A stretch of DNA of 64,000 nucleotides from an uncultured Nitrospirota bacterium. GTDB lineage: Bacteria > Nitrospinota > Nitrospinia > CAJXCL01. The translations under genes and the position numbers were made by a program. Below are positions 42,687 to 53,559 of this stretch, one piece after another. The notes below the pieces were generated by a model that did no database searches, had not been told where the DNA came from, and worked only from the letters and a program-made list of their open reading frames with translations. Where the stretch lies: NCBI GenBank assembly GCA_913051775.1, contig CAJXCL010000002.1:18307-82306 (forward strand), written 5' to 3'. Within the stretch, counting starts at the first letter, position 1. The number at the start of each line of letters is the position of its first letter.

Positions 42687-42710
42687 CAAGGGTCAGTTTG
42701 TAAAATATTT

Positions 42711-42834
42711 GACGGAATATTCAGGATAAACTGGATGTAGTCCTTTTTTAGGAGTGCATCACCTGAGGTGATGCAATATGCAATGTCCCAGACATTTCCT
42801 CCAAAAAAATCTTGTTAATCCTGTAATCGTGTCA
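42711..42834. repeat. GACAGGAT-family inverted-repeat element with a different central palindrome
   Basis: GACGGAATATTCAGGATAAACTGGAT ... TGCATCACC-TGA-GGTGATGCA ... ATCTTGTTAATCCTGTAATCGTGTC. Confidence 0.65.
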
Positions 42835-42842
42835 AAATAGTT

Positions 42843-44552
42843 ATGAGATATTCACAATTATTCATACCCACATTAAAAGAAACTCCTGCGGAAGCTGAAG
42901 TTACCAGCCATAAGTTGATGATTCGCGCGGGCATGATACGAAAACTTGCCGCGGGAATATATTCTACCCTTCCTTTAGGACTCCGGGTTTTGCGGAATGT
43001 GGAAAATATTATTCGAGAAGAAATGAATGCAACAGGAGCGCAAGAAGTTTTCCTGCCGTGCATTCAGCCGGCTGAACTGTGGCAGGAAAGTGGCAGATGG
43101 AAGTTGTATGGAAAAGATCTGCTGCGGATTAAAGACCGGCATGATAGGGATTTTTGTTTTGGACCCACTCATGAAGAAGTTATAACGGATATCCTTAGAA
43201 AAGAAGTGCGATCTTACCGACAGTTGCCTATCAGCTTTTACCAGATACAAACAAAATTTCGAGATGAGATACGTCCCCGCTTCGGTGTTATGCGCGGCAG
43301 GGAATTTATGATGAAAGACGCCTATAGCTTTGATTGCGATGAGGAAGGTGCGGAAAGGGCTTACAAAAAAATGTATCAGGCATACTGCAATATTTTTAAA
43401 CGGTGCGGATTAAGTTTTAAAGCTGTGGAAGCAGATTCAGGAACTATTGGAGGGAGTTATTCTCATGAGTTTATGGTTATGGCAGATTCAGGAGAGGAAG
43501 CAATCGCATTCTGCGATAAATGTGATTACGCGGCTAATCTCGAAAAAGCGGAAATCAAGGCTACTGATAGTTATAAAAAAAACGAAAAGAAAAAATTAAA
43601 ATCCGTAGAAACTCCCGGAATGACTAGTGTCGAAGAAGTCTCTTCTTTTTTAAAGGTAACACCGAAAGATCTCGCAAAAACTCTGCTATTTGAAACTGAA
43701 AAAGGCACGGTAGCCGCAATGGTCAGGGGAGACCACCAGATTAATGAGATTAAACTTAAAAATATTACCGGCTGTTCCGAAATCAATCTGGCACGCGAAG
43801 AAGTGGTAAAAGAAATAAGTGGCGCTCCCACAGGATTTACTGGACCGATGGGTTTAAAAATTGCCGTCTTCGCGGACCATGCTATTCAACAGGGAACTAA
43901 CTTTGTAACTGGCGCTAACAAAGCCGATTACCACTTATTAAATGTTAATGAGGGCAGAGATTTCAGCGTTAAGAACTTCTGTGATATACGAAATGTAGAA
44001 GACGGTGATCCGTGCCCTAAATGTTCAGGCCAAACACAACTTAAAAGAGGAATTGAGGTAGGCCATGTCTTTAAATTAGGAGAAAAATACAGCAAATCAT
44101 TAAAAGCAACATTTCTGGATAAAGACGGGAAAGAAAAATATTTTGTAATGGGTTGTTATGGTATCGGTGTTGGAAGAACTATGGCTGCCGCAATCGAACA
44201 GAACTTTGATCAGGACGGCATTATCTGGCCTATTCCAATAGCGCCATTTCAGGTTATGGTTATACCATTAAATGTTAATAGTAAAGAAATTTCTAATGCG
44301 GCTGACAAAATATATGATCACTTATTGAAAGACAAAATAGAGGTTCTAATAGATGACCGCGATGAAAGGCCGGGAGTAAAATTCAAAGACGCAGATTTGC
44401 TCGGCATTCCCTTGCAGATCATTATTGGAGACAGAACCCTCAAAGAAAGCGCAGTTGAATTGAAGATTAGAAAGGATAAAAAAATAGAAAAAGTTGGCAT
44501 TGACAAAATAGCTAAAAGAATCGTTCGGCTTCTTGTGTCTGATCAATTATAA
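42843..44552 (+). CDS. proS: Proline--tRNA ligase (bacterial type with editing insertion)
   Basis: LWQESGRW, GPTHEE, KFRDEIRPRFGVMRGREF, GIEVGHVFKLG, MGCYGIG. Confidence 0.98.
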   Translation: MRYSQLFIPTLKETPAEAEVTSHKLMIRAGMIRKLAAGIYSTLPLGLRVLRNVENIIREEMNATGAQEVFLPCIQPAELWQESGRWKLYGKDLLRIKDRHDRDFCFGPTHEEVITDILRKEVRSYRQLPISFYQIQTKFRDEIRPRFGVMRGREFMMKDAYSFDCDEEGAERAYKKMYQAYCNIFKRCGLSFKAVEADSGTIGGSYSHEFMVMADSGEEAIAFCDKCDYAANLEKAEIKATDSYKKNEKKKLKSVETPGMTSVEEVSSFLKVTPKDLAKTLLFETEKGTVAAMVRGDHQINEIKLKNITGCSEINLAREEVVKEISGAPTGFTGPMGLKIAVFADHAIQQGTNFVTGANKADYHLLNVNEGRDFSVKNFCDIRNVEDGDPCPKCSGQTQLKRGIEVGHVFKLGEKYSKSLKATFLDKDGKEKYFVMGCYGIGVGRTMAAAIEQNFDQDGIIWPIPIAPFQVMVIPLNVNSKEISNAADKIYDHLLKDKIEVLIDDRDERPGVKFKDADLLGIPLQIIIGDRTLKESAVELKIRKDKKIEKVGIDKIAKRIVRLLVSDQL

Positions 44553-45212
44553 GGTAATCAAATAGACCACTGAAAACACTCTCCTAGCGCCCCTAAATGC
44601 AGTCTATAAACTAAACCACCATGTTATTTCTACAAACGAAGAAGTTAAAAGTTATTCTGACAACTAAGAGGGACTATTTTAAACCAGCAGAGCGTTCAGA
44701 AAAATATGGTTCTTTATTTGCGTTAGTCAGTAAAGCGTTTACAGAAGGCCTTCTGGTTCAAAGAACTACGCAGCCATATTCTCCACCTCCTTTCCGTCAC
44801 TTTGCACATATTGTTTGTAGAGATCAAGTCCCTCACAAAAAGTATCAATTAGGGTGTTTCCTTTTGCAACACTTTCCCTTTGTCATTATATGTTACTTTG
44901 CTGATCATTCCTAATAAACCGTCAAAATTGAAATGTCGGCTTGAGTAAGGTGCCGGAAATCAGAGGACACGTAACAAAAAAAGTACATGTTTCTCCATGG
45001 GAAAATCGAAATTTAGGCTTGACTTGTTAGATTAATTTTAAGCCCTTGATTGCCCAAGATTAAGAGAAATTGCAGGTTTTATTCATTTGTAGTACGGAAG
45101 ATACTTCTTAAATTTGTACCATCCTTCAAAAACTTCCCCATCTGCTTTTTTTGCTTGCCAGAATGCTTAAAATATGATAATATTACGAGTTTTAAAAATT
45201 TGGTCTACTAAC

Positions 45213-45240
45213 AAAAAGTGGGCTCATGAGCCCACTTTTT
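45213..45240 (+). promoter_or_regulatory. rimP leader hairpin
   Basis: Perfect 28-bp palindrome AAAAAGTGGGCTCATGAGCCCACTTTTT followed by Ts; GTGGG..CCCAC stems are typical upstream of rimP. Confidence 0.7.
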
Positions 45241-45284
45241 TTGTTTGGACTTGTTTATTAAAAAATAGAAAATCAACTGAAATT

Positions 45285-45758
45285 TTGGGCGTAAGTATTG
45301 AAAATTTAAGCATTAACAAAAAAATTCAAAGTGTTTTGAGGCCAATTGTAGAAGCTGAAGAAATGGAACTGGTTGAGGTGGAATATAAAAGGGGGCCAAA
45401 TGGGGTTCTCAGAATATTTATTGATAAAATAGGGGGGGTTAATGTTTCAGATTGTGCAAAAATAAGTACCCAGGTGCGAGCATTTCTCGATATTGAAAAC
45501 TTAATTGAAAATAATTATGTTTTGGAAGTCTCCTCTCCTGGATTAGATAGACCTTTAAAAAATAAAGCGGATTATGACCGAAATAAAGGAAAGCTGATAA
45601 AAGTTTCTCTTTATGCGCCGTTGGAAGGCAAAAAAACATTTACCGGACGAGTTATTAGCGCTGACGACCAGAAAATTGTTTTAAAAGAAAAATTAGATAA
45701 AATTATCAATATCCCATTTGCCGTCATTGCAAAAGGGATATTGGAAATAGAATTTTAA
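45285..45758 (+). CDS. rimP: Ribosome maturation factor RimP (start uncertain; TTG at 45285 assumed)
   Basis: LRIFIDK.GG..DC, YVLEVSSPGLDRPL; directly upstream of nusA. Confidence 0.93.
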   Translation: MGVSIENLSINKKIQSVLRPIVEAEEMELVEVEYKRGPNGVLRIFIDKIGGVNVSDCAKISTQVRAFLDIENLIENNYVLEVSSPGLDRPLKNKADYDRNKGKLIKVSLYAPLEGKKTFTGRVISADDQKIVLKEKLDKIINIPFAVIAKGILEIEF

Positions 45759-45779
45759 AAAATATTAAGGAGTGGTGGC

Positions 45780-47294
45780 ATGAGTGTAGAATTGCTCCAT
45801 ATTATTGACCAGGTTGGACGGGAGAAAGGGATCGACCCTTCTATTCTTGTTGAGGCGCTTGAAGAGGCGGTGCTATCAGCATGTAAAAAGAAGTACTCTT
45901 ATGAAAACTTAGAGACTCTGTTTAATAAAAAGACCGGTGAAGTAGAACTGTTTTTATGCAAACAGGTCGTAGAAACTGTTGAAGATGCTGATAAAGAAAT
46001 GGATTTAAAAAGTGCAAAGAAAATTGATTCAAAAGCAAAACTCGAAGATAGAATAAGAATTTCTTTTGGGGCGGGACCTTTAGGCAGAGTTGCAGCGCAA
46101 GTTGCCAAACAGGTAATAATACAAAAAGTAAGGGAAGCTGAAACCGATATTGTGCTAAAGGAATTTAGTGAGAAAAAAGGTGAGCTGGTGACTGGTGTTA
46201 TTCTACACCAGGAAAGGGGAGATATCATAGTTGACCTTGGAAAAGCTGAAGGGATTTTACCCAAAAAAGAACAAGTTTATAAAGAAGATTTCAAAAGAGG
46301 GGAACGTATGAAGGCTTTCTTGCTGGATGTGAGAAGAAGCGGAAAAGGAGCCCAGGTGATTTTATCACGTACACACCCTGGACTTCTTATAAACCTTTTT
46401 CAAATGGAAGTTCCTGAAATATCTGAGGGAATTGTAGAAGTAAAAGGAGCGGTTAGAGAACCGAATGGACGCTCAAAGATTGCAGTTCTTTCCAAAGAGA
46501 AAAGCATTGACGCAGTTGGTTCATGCGTGGGAATGCGTGGAGTTAGAGTGCAAGCTGTTGTGGCAGAACTGAGAGGAGAAAAAGTTGATATCATCCAGTG
46601 GTCTGATAATCCGACTGTCTTTGCTAAAAATGCATTGAGCCCGGCAAAAATTGCTACTATAGTTCCAAATGAAAATGAAAAACATTTGCTTGTTATAGTA
46701 CCAGACGACCAGCTTTCATTAGCGATTGGGAAAAGGGGTCAAAATGTTCGGCTGGCATCCCGGCTTTTAAGCTGGAGCATTGACATTAAAAGTGAATCTG
46801 AATATCAAAAGGGTTTGGAGGATAAAGGTGCTTTATCGGCTGTCAGTGATTCCAAATTTATAAAAGAATTGTGCAAGGTTTCCGGTTTAGGCAATGCTAT
46901 TGCCAATCTGCTCATTGAACACAATTTGATCGAACCTGGAAAAATTGAAGAAATAGGCACAGAAGGTTTAACCAAAATTTCTGGCATTGGATTGAAAACG
47001 GCTGAAAAAATTGTAGAGATTTGCCAGGACTTTAAATCCAAAGCAACGGTGCTTCTGGAAACAGACATTGAAAAACTTGAAACATCCGATATCGACGATT
47101 ATCCGATAGATGAGCTTAAAGGAATCGGCAAGAAAACTCTGGATATTCTTAATGCTAATGGTTATCAAACTGTAGCAGAATTATCGGTAGCGGAAATTGA
47201 AGAACTAATATCTTTTGAAGGAATTGGCGCCAAAAAAGCTGAATCAATATTAAAAAACGCCCAAGAATTTATGGCAAAACATGAAAATGCTTAG
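45780..47294 (+). CDS. nusA: Transcription termination factor NusA with C-terminal HhH repeats
   Basis: GRVAAQVAKQVI.QK, LSRTHP, EVPEI, VGSCVGMRG, LSLAIGKRGQNVRLAS. Confidence 0.98.
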   Translation: MSVELLHIIDQVGREKGIDPSILVEALEEAVLSACKKKYSYENLETLFNKKTGEVELFLCKQVVETVEDADKEMDLKSAKKIDSKAKLEDRIRISFGAGPLGRVAAQVAKQVIIQKVREAETDIVLKEFSEKKGELVTGVILHQERGDIIVDLGKAEGILPKKEQVYKEDFKRGERMKAFLLDVRRSGKGAQVILSRTHPGLLINLFQMEVPEISEGIVEVKGAVREPNGRSKIAVLSKEKSIDAVGSCVGMRGVRVQAVVAELRGEKVDIIQWSDNPTVFAKNALSPAKIATIVPNENEKHLLVIVPDDQLSLAIGKRGQNVRLASRLLSWSIDIKSESEYQKGLEDKGALSAVSDSKFIKELCKVSGLGNAIANLLIEHNLIEPGKIEEIGTEGLTKISGIGLKTAEKIVEICQDFKSKATVLLETDIEKLETSDIDDYPIDELKGIGKKTLDILNANGYQTVAELSVAEIEELISFEGIGAKKAESILKNAQEFMAKHENA

Positions 47295-47341
47295 TTCTAC
47301 AAAACCGCTTTAAATCTTCAATAATTATTTAATGTGTGCAA

Positions 47342-49408
47342 ATGGGAAAAACTCGAGTATATAAATTGGCAACGGAGTTAGGGATATCGAATAAAGAATT
47401 AATCTCTGAGTTGGTAAGTTTAGGTTATCCCGTTAAAAACCGTATGAGTACCGTGGATATAGATGAGGTTTTTAAAATACGGGAAACCATCATAGCTAAA
47501 CTTAAAGAAGCTGAAAAAAAAGATATCAAACCTAAGCCGGCTACTCAAATATCGGAAACAGTTGCAGTTGAACCAAAGCCTCACCCCGATAAGGCTGTTG
47601 AAACTGAAACAGTACTAAAAGAAACTACTGCTGAAACTGAGGAAGCTCTTGAAGTAATTGAAATCCGTGAAAATATTACTCTGAAAGAGTTTGCTGAAAA
47701 AACGAAGTGCACCCCAAATGAACTAATGAAATCATTGATTAAAAAAGGGGTGATGGCCACTATCAATTCCCCCATTGATGAAAGAATAGCCAAAGTATCA
47801 GAACATATTTTTAAGAAATCCTTTAAGTTTATTCCACTTGAAGCAGATGAAATTTTCGACGATATTCTTGAGGAAGAAGAAAATGCTGATGACTACGTGC
47901 CCAGACCTCCTGTGGTAACCATTATGGGGCATGTGGATCATGGAAAAACTACATTACTGGACGCTATCAGAGAAAGCAAAATAACCGAAAAAGAAGCAGG
48001 AGGAATTACCCAGCACATTGGGGCTTATGAAATTTCTCACGAAAAAGGTCCTGTTGTCTTTTTAGATACGCCAGGACATGAGGCTTTTACGGCAATGAGG
48101 GCAAGAGGCGCACAGGTAACGGATATTGTAATACTCGTTGTAGCAGCTGATGACGGTCTTATGCCTCAAACCATTGAAGCCATTCACCACGCTCGAGCAG
48201 GAAATGTGCCTATTGTTGTGGCTATTAATAAAATTGACAAACCTAATGTTAATATCGAAAAAATCAAAAAAGATTTAACAGAGCACGATTTGGCTCCTGA
48301 AGAGTGGGGTGGACAAACAATATTTGCTGAAGTTTCCGCAAAAAATAAAATCGGATTGGACAATTTAATGGAAATGATCTTGCTGCAAACTGAGATTATG
48401 GAGTTGAAGGGAAATCCAAAAGTAAAAGGAAGGGGAACAATTATTGAATCCAAATTGGATAAAAGAAGGGGCGCTGTTGCTACGCTTATTGTTCAAAAAG
48501 GTGTTTTGAAAAACGGAGACTCGTTTGTTGCCGGATCAACTTATGGGAAAATAAGGGCGCTATTAAACGATAAAGGAACAAAAATCAAAAATGCCGAAAT
48601 CTCATCCCCTGTCGAGATAATCGGATTGTCATCAGTCCCAGCGGCGGGAGATTCCTTCATTGTGGTTAATAATGAAAAAGAAGCTCGCCACATTGCTACA
48701 GCAAGGCAGCAAAAACTTAAAGAAACTTTTTTAAAGAGATCTGTAACCAGAATTACGCTTGAGGATCTCAGAAATCAAATTGATGAGGGAAAGATTGAGG
48801 AACTGAATGTTGTAATAAAGGCTGATGTAGACGGCTCTGTCCAGGCAATTTCAGATTCGCTTCTGAAAATAGGCTCTGACGAAGTTAGGATTAAAATAAT
48901 TCATAGCTCTGTGGGGGGAGTTACCGAGTCGGATGTCCTGCTCGCAGAAGCTTCAAATGCTGTTATTATTGGATTTCATGTCAGACCGACCGAACAAGCG
49001 GCAACGCTTGCTGGAAATGAAAAAGTAGAAATGAAGCTTTATTCTGTTATATATGATGTTATCAATGATTTTAAGGCCGCTTTGGAAGGATTATTAAAAC
49101 CAAGGTTGGTGGAAAAACGCTTGGGAAGGGTAGAAGTCCGTCAAGTTATTTCAATACCAAGGGCAGGGGTTGTTTGCGGAAGTTATGTTTTGGACGGCAA
49201 TATTAAAAGAAATTCAGATGCAAGGCTTGTCCGGGATAGTGTTGTTATCTACGAAGGCAAGATCGCTTCATTAAGACGATTTAAAGATGATGTGAAGGAG
49301 GTGCAATCCGGGTTTGAGTGTGGAGTTGTACTGGAAAATTTTCAAGATATAAAACAGGGTGATATTATCGAGACCTATTATTTTGAAGAAATTGCTCGAA
49401 AACTATAG
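47342..49408 (+). CDS. infB: Translation initiation factor IF-2
   Basis: [52 protein letters not shown]. Confidence 0.98.
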   Translation: MGKTRVYKLATELGISNKELISELVSLGYPVKNRMSTVDIDEVFKIRETIIAKLKEAEKKDIKPKPATQISETVAVEPKPHPDKAVETETVLKETTAETEEALEVIEIRENITLKEFAEKTKCTPNELMKSLIKKGVMATINSPIDERIAKVSEHIFKKSFKFIPLEADEIFDDILEEEENADDYVPRPPVVTIMGHVDHGKTTLLDAIRESKITEKEAGGITQHIGAYEISHEKGPVVFLDTPGHEAFTAMRARGAQVTDIVILVVAADDGLMPQTIEAIHHARAGNVPIVVAINKIDKPNVNIEKIKKDLTEHDLAPEEWGGQTIFAEVSAKNKIGLDNLMEMILLQTEIMELKGNPKVKGRGTIIESKLDKRRGAVATLIVQKGVLKNGDSFVAGSTYGKIRALLNDKGTKIKNAEISSPVEIIGLSSVPAAGDSFIVVNNEKEARHIATARQQKLKETFLKRSVTRITLEDLRNQIDEGKIEELNVVIKADVDGSVQAISDSLLKIGSDEVRIKIIHSSVGGVTESDVLLAEASNAVIIGFHVRPTEQAATLAGNEKVEMKLYSVIYDVINDFKAALEGLLKPRLVEKRLGRVEVRQVISIPRAGVVCGSYVLDGNIKRNSDARLVRDSVVIYEGKIASLRRFKDDVKEVQSGFECGVVLENFQDIKQGDIIETYYFEEIARKL

Positions 49409-49421
49409 ATTTTCATCTATA

Positions 49422-49454
49422 TGATTACACAGATTTTTTTAATCTGTGTAATCA
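49422..49454. repeat. Perfect 14-bp inverted repeat after infB
   Basis: TGATTACACAGATT-TTTTT-AATCTGTGTAATCA. Confidence 0.75.
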
Positions 49455-49468
49455 AAATTTAATTAAAT

Positions 49469-49750
49469 ATGATTGTTGGAACCTGTTGGGTGAAGTTATT
49501 CCTTCATGAAAATAATTCCTTGAAAGGGAAACGCAAAGTAGTTAAAAGCATTAAAGATAGGATTAGAAGTAAGTTCAATGTTTCCATTACGGAAATAGAC
49601 AGCCATGATGATTGGGAAAAGATCGTTTTAGGAATAGCCACTGTGAGTAATGATCAAAAATTTATTAATAAAGTACTGGATAATATAATTAATTCTATTG
49701 ACTCCATGCACCTTGCTGAAATGTTGGATTACAAAATTGAGATACTTTAA
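49469..49750 (+). CDS. DUF503 (YlxP) family protein
   Basis: SLKGKRKVVKSI..KFNVSITE; lies between infB and rbfA. Confidence 0.9.
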   Translation: MIVGTCWVKLFLHENNSLKGKRKVVKSIKDRIRSKFNVSITEIDSHDDWEKIVLGIATVSNDQKFINKVLDNIINSIDSMHLAEMLDYKIEIL

Positions 49751-49752
49751 CC

Positions 49753-50118
49753 ATGGAATTTAAAAGAGCTCAGAGAGTTGAGGGATTAGTCCTGGAAGAG
49801 ATTTCAAAAATTCTTCAAAATAAGATTAAAGATCCCCGTATTGGATTTGCTACAATTACAAAGGTAACCATGTCAGATGATCTTCGAAACGCGAAAGTCT
49901 TTGTGAGTATTATGGGTAATGAAAAAGAAAAAAAGAATTCTCTTAAAGGTCTTCATAGTGCCACAGGATTTATCAGGAAAGAATTAGCACATAGAGTACA
50001 TCTGAGACATGTTCCAGAGCTGGTTTTTAAGTTAGACGATTCAATGGAAAAAAGCGCTAAAATATTAAATATTCTTTCCGATTTAAAAGAAGCGGAGTGC
50101 CGTGAACGGAATAATTAA
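49753..50118 (+). CDS. rbfA: Ribosome-binding factor A
   Basis: IKDPRI, DLRNAKVFVS, GFIR, PELVFKLD.S. Confidence 0.96.
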   Translation: MEFKRAQRVEGLVLEEISKILQNKIKDPRIGFATITKVTMSDDLRNAKVFVSIMGNEKEKKNSLKGLHSATGFIRKELAHRVHLRHVPELVFKLDDSMEKSAKILNILSDLKEAECRERNN

Positions 50119-51031
50119 TTTTAACAAGCCTGTCGGTATAACTTCCTGCAGAGCAATAAATCATGTAAAAAAAGCCTTCCATTCTAAAAAAGCGGGCCAT
50201 ACGGGAACTCTTGATCCAAATGCAAACGGTGTCCTCCCTATCTGCATTGGCAAAGCCACTCAAATAGTCCAGTTTGCTATTCACCTTCCAAAAACTTATT
50301 GTGGCAAAATGCGGCTTGGTATCAGGACTGATAGTCAGGATGCAGATGGAAAAATTATTTCAGAATCATCTTGTGAGAAAATTCATCTGGAGCTTTTAAA
50401 AAATATATTTCAAAAATATACCGGGTCAATAGAACAAATACCACCCATGTTCTCTGCTGTTAGAGTTAATGGAAGAAGACTTTATACGCTAGCAAGAAAA
50501 GGAATCTCCATTGCCAGAAATCCAAAAAAAGTTCATATCTATTATTTGAAATTGCTGGATTACGAGGATGACCTGGTAACTTTTGAAACAAAAACATCCG
50601 CAGGAACCTATGTTCGGACATTGTGTGACGACATAGGGAATGAGCTCGGCTGTGGAGCTTATCTTGCAGAATTAACTAGAACCAGAGTTGGAGGATTAAA
50701 AATAGAGGATTCTATAACTATAGAAGATATTAACCGGTCAACCATTGGAAATGGTTTGAAGGATACGATTTATTCTATTGACAGAGCTCTTTCGTTTTTC
50801 CCTTCTGTTAAAATCAAAAAGGAAAGAGAAAAATTTGTTTTACTTGAGAGGAAAATCACGCGGGAAAGCATTGAAGATATTAATGGAGAATCCGATACCG
50901 GAGAATATTTCCGAATACACAATTTTTCAGGTAAATTATTGGGCATAGCGAGTTCTTTGTTGAATACGACACCTCTCTCTTCCTGTCATAAACAGGAGGT
51001 TTGTTTTAAATTTAAAAAGTTGTTGGTATAA
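50102..51031 (+). CDS. truB: tRNA pseudouridine(55) synthase
   Basis: KAGHTGTLDP.A.GVL, QIPPMFSA, GTYVRTL. Confidence 0.96.
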   Translation: MNGIINFNKPVGITSCRAINHVKKAFHSKKAGHTGTLDPNANGVLPICIGKATQIVQFAIHLPKTYCGKMRLGIRTDSQDADGKIISESSCEKIHLELLKNIFQKYTGSIEQIPPMFSAVRVNGRRLYTLARKGISIARNPKKVHIYYLKLLDYEDDLVTFETKTSAGTYVRTLCDDIGNELGCGAYLAELTRTRVGGLKIEDSITIEDINRSTIGNGLKDTIYSIDRALSFFPSVKIKKEREKFVLLERKITRESIEDINGESDTGEYFRIHNFSGKLLGIASSLLNTTPLSSCHKQEVCFKFKKLLV

Positions 51032-51057
51032 ACTATAACTAAATAAGGAGAATTATA

Positions 51058-51327
51058 ATGCCTATTGCAAGTAACAAGAAAAATGAAATTATTGACAGTA
51101 ATAAATTGCATGAAAAAGACACCGGTTCTTCTGAAGTTCAGGTTGCGCTTCTCAGCGAAAGAATTTCTTACCTAACAGAGCACTTTAAAACTCATAAGAA
51201 GGACCACCATTCCAGGAGAGGGCTGATAATAATGGTTAGCCAGAGAAGGAAGCTCTTGAAATACTTGAAAAGGAATGATGAAAAAAGATACAAAGCTATT
51301 ATCAAAAAATTAGGAATTCGCGGATAA
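51058..51327 (+). CDS. rpsO: 30S ribosomal protein S15
   Basis: [23 protein letters not shown]. Confidence 0.98.
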   Translation: MPIASNKKNEIIDSNKLHEKDTGSSEVQVALLSERISYLTEHFKTHKKDHHSRRGLIIMVSQRRKLLKYLKRNDEKRYKAIIKKLGIRG

Positions 51328-51384
51328 CCGGAAAAAAATAATGAGTTATTATATGAGTTATTATATTACTTGAAAGGAGATTTA

Positions 51385-53481
51385 ATGCATCAATCGGTTG
51401 AAATGGAACTTGGCGGTAAAAAACTGATCATAGAAACAGGGGAACTTGCCAAACAAGCTAATGGAGCAGTTTTAATCAGCTACAATGAAACAGTTGCGCT
51501 GGTTACGGCTGTAGCGAGCAAAGAGCCTGTAAAGGGCAAGGATTTTTTTCCTTTGATGTGTGAGTATAGGGAAAAAACTTACGCGGCAGGCAAAATTCCG
51601 GGAGGCTTTTTTAAACGAGAAGGTAGGCCAAGTGAAAAAGAAATTTTAACTTCCCGTTTAATGGACAGGCCGATAAGGCCTTTATTTGAAGATGGTTTTG
51701 CAAACGATACTCAAGTAATCTGCTACCCCCTTTCCCATGATAAGGAAAATGATCCGGATATATTAGGAATCTTAGGAGCTTCAGCCGCGCTAATCATATC
51801 AGATATCCCCTTTCTGAACCCCATTGGTGCTGTACGTGTTGGAAGGGTTGAAGGAAAATTTATCTGCAACCCAACTTATGACCAGCTTAACGAAAGTGAC
51901 TTAAACCTGGTAGTTGCCGGAACCAAAGATGCTATTGTTATGGTTGAGGGAGAAGCCAATGAATTATCTGAACATGAAATGGTTGAAGCGCTAATGTTTG
52001 GACATGAAGAAATTAAGAAGCTGGTTGATCTTCAAAATAAACTCAGAGAAATCGCGGGAAAACCAAAAAGAGTTGCTGAAAAACCTCAAAAGAACGAAGA
52101 TCTGATAGAAAAAGTAACCCGGTCTGCTAAAGAAAAATTGACAGATGCTTTGTTTATTAAAGAAAAAATAGCAATGTATGATGCGGTCTCTGCTATTGGC
52201 AAAGAGACAATATCCGAGATTGGGAGCGAAGAAGATGAAGGTTTAAATAAGGAAATCAAAGCAATTCTTGCTGGCCTTGAAAAGGAGATTGTGAGACATC
52301 ACATCATTGAAAAAGAAACAAGATCTGATGGTAGAGGACTTAAAGACATTAGGACGATTAGTGGCAGGGTCAAAGCTCTGCCGAGGACACATGGGTCTTC
52401 GTTATTCACAAGGGGAGAAACCCAGGCATTGGTTGTTTTAACACTGGGAACAAGTAGCGATGAACAAATAATGGATAGATTGGAAGGTAGAACAAAAAAA
52501 TCTTTTATGCTCCATTACAATTTTCCCCCATTTTCTGTGGGTGAAACTAAGTTCATAGGAAGCCCGGGAAGAAGAGAAATCGGCCATGGCGCTCTCGCAG
52601 AGAGGTCTATATCTAAAGTACTGCCTTCTAATGAAGAGTTTCCGTATACCATTAGAATTGTCTCGGATATTTTAGAGTCCAACGGCTCTTCATCAATGGC
52701 GACTGTTTGTGGCTCTTCGTTATCCTTAATGGATGCAGGCGTTCCAATCAAAACCCCGGTGGCTGGGATTGCCATGGGCTTGATTAAAGAAGGAGATAAA
52801 ATTGCTATCCTTTCGGATATTTTAGGACAGGAAGACCATTTAGGTGACATGGATTTTAAAGTAGCAGGAACTGCAGAAGGAATAACCGGTCTTCAAATGG
52901 ATATTAAAATTGACGGTGTAACAAAAGATCTTTTAGAAACCGCGTTACAGCAGGCAAAAGAAGGTAGGCTTTTTATTTTGGGTAAAATGAACGAAATAAT
53001 CGACAGCTCAAGAAAAGAACTCTCCCCTTATGCCCCGAGAATTATTACCATGCAAATTAAGACAGAGAGAATAAAAGATGTTATTGGACCGGGAGGAAAA
53101 ACCATCAGGGGTATTATTGATAAAACCGGTGTAACAGTAGATATTGACGACAAGGGTCTGGTGTCTTTAGGCTCCCCCGATGAATCAAGGCTGAATGAAG
53201 CGATTCAAATAATAGAAGGGTTGACGCAAAGCCCGGAAAAAGGTTGTATATATACCGGTATAGTTAAAAAAATTATGGATTTCGGCGCTTTTGTTGAAAT
53301 ATTACCCGGTATTGACGGTTTGGTACATATTTCACAAATTGCACCTCACAGAATAGATAAAGTGACCGACGTGTTAAAAGAAGGGGACGAAGTAAAAGTA
53401 AAAGTTTTGGAAATTGACCGCGACGGTAAAATTCGCCTGAGCCGCAAAGAAGCCTTGTCAGCGGAAGTGAATAAAAAATAG
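51385..53481 (+). CDS. pnp: Polyribonucleotide nucleotidyltransferase
   Basis: GKIPGGFFKREGRP, RREIGHG, ESNGSSSMA, GDMDFKVAGT, KH and S1 domains; AAGGAG before ATG at 51385. Confidence 0.98.
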   Translation: MHQSVEMELGGKKLIIETGELAKQANGAVLISYNETVALVTAVASKEPVKGKDFFPLMCEYREKTYAAGKIPGGFFKREGRPSEKEILTSRLMDRPIRPLFEDGFANDTQVICYPLSHDKENDPDILGILGASAALIISDIPFLNPIGAVRVGRVEGKFICNPTYDQLNESDLNLVVAGTKDAIVMVEGEANELSEHEMVEALMFGHEEIKKLVDLQNKLREIAGKPKRVAEKPQKNEDLIEKVTRSAKEKLTDALFIKEKIAMYDAVSAIGKETISEIGSEEDEGLNKEIKAILAGLEKEIVRHHIIEKETRSDGRGLKDIRTISGRVKALPRTHGSSLFTRGETQALVVLTLGTSSDEQIMDRLEGRTKKSFMLHYNFPPFSVGETKFIGSPGRREIGHGALAERSISKVLPSNEEFPYTIRIVSDILESNGSSSMATVCGSSLSLMDAGVPIKTPVAGIAMGLIKEGDKIAILSDILGQEDHLGDMDFKVAGTAEGITGLQMDIKIDGVTKDLLETALQQAKEGRLFILGKMNEIIDSSRKELSPYAPRIITMQIKTERIKDVIGPGGKTIRGIIDKTGVTVDIDDKGLVSLGSPDESRLNEAIQIIEGLTQSPEKGCIYTGIVKKIMDFGAFVEILPGIDGLVHISQIAPHRIDKVTDVLKEGDEVKVKVLEIDRDGKIRLSRKEALSAEVNKK

Positions 53482-53559
53482 CGGTCATTAGACAGTAGTT
53501 ATTTGTTTTAGAAATTATATTTTTTCTCCTCCTCCTTCTTAACTATTGACCAATGATTA

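Noticed and set aside
45174-45284. N-terminal extension of RimP
   Set aside because: It overlaps the promoter and leader hairpin and does not look like RimP sequence.
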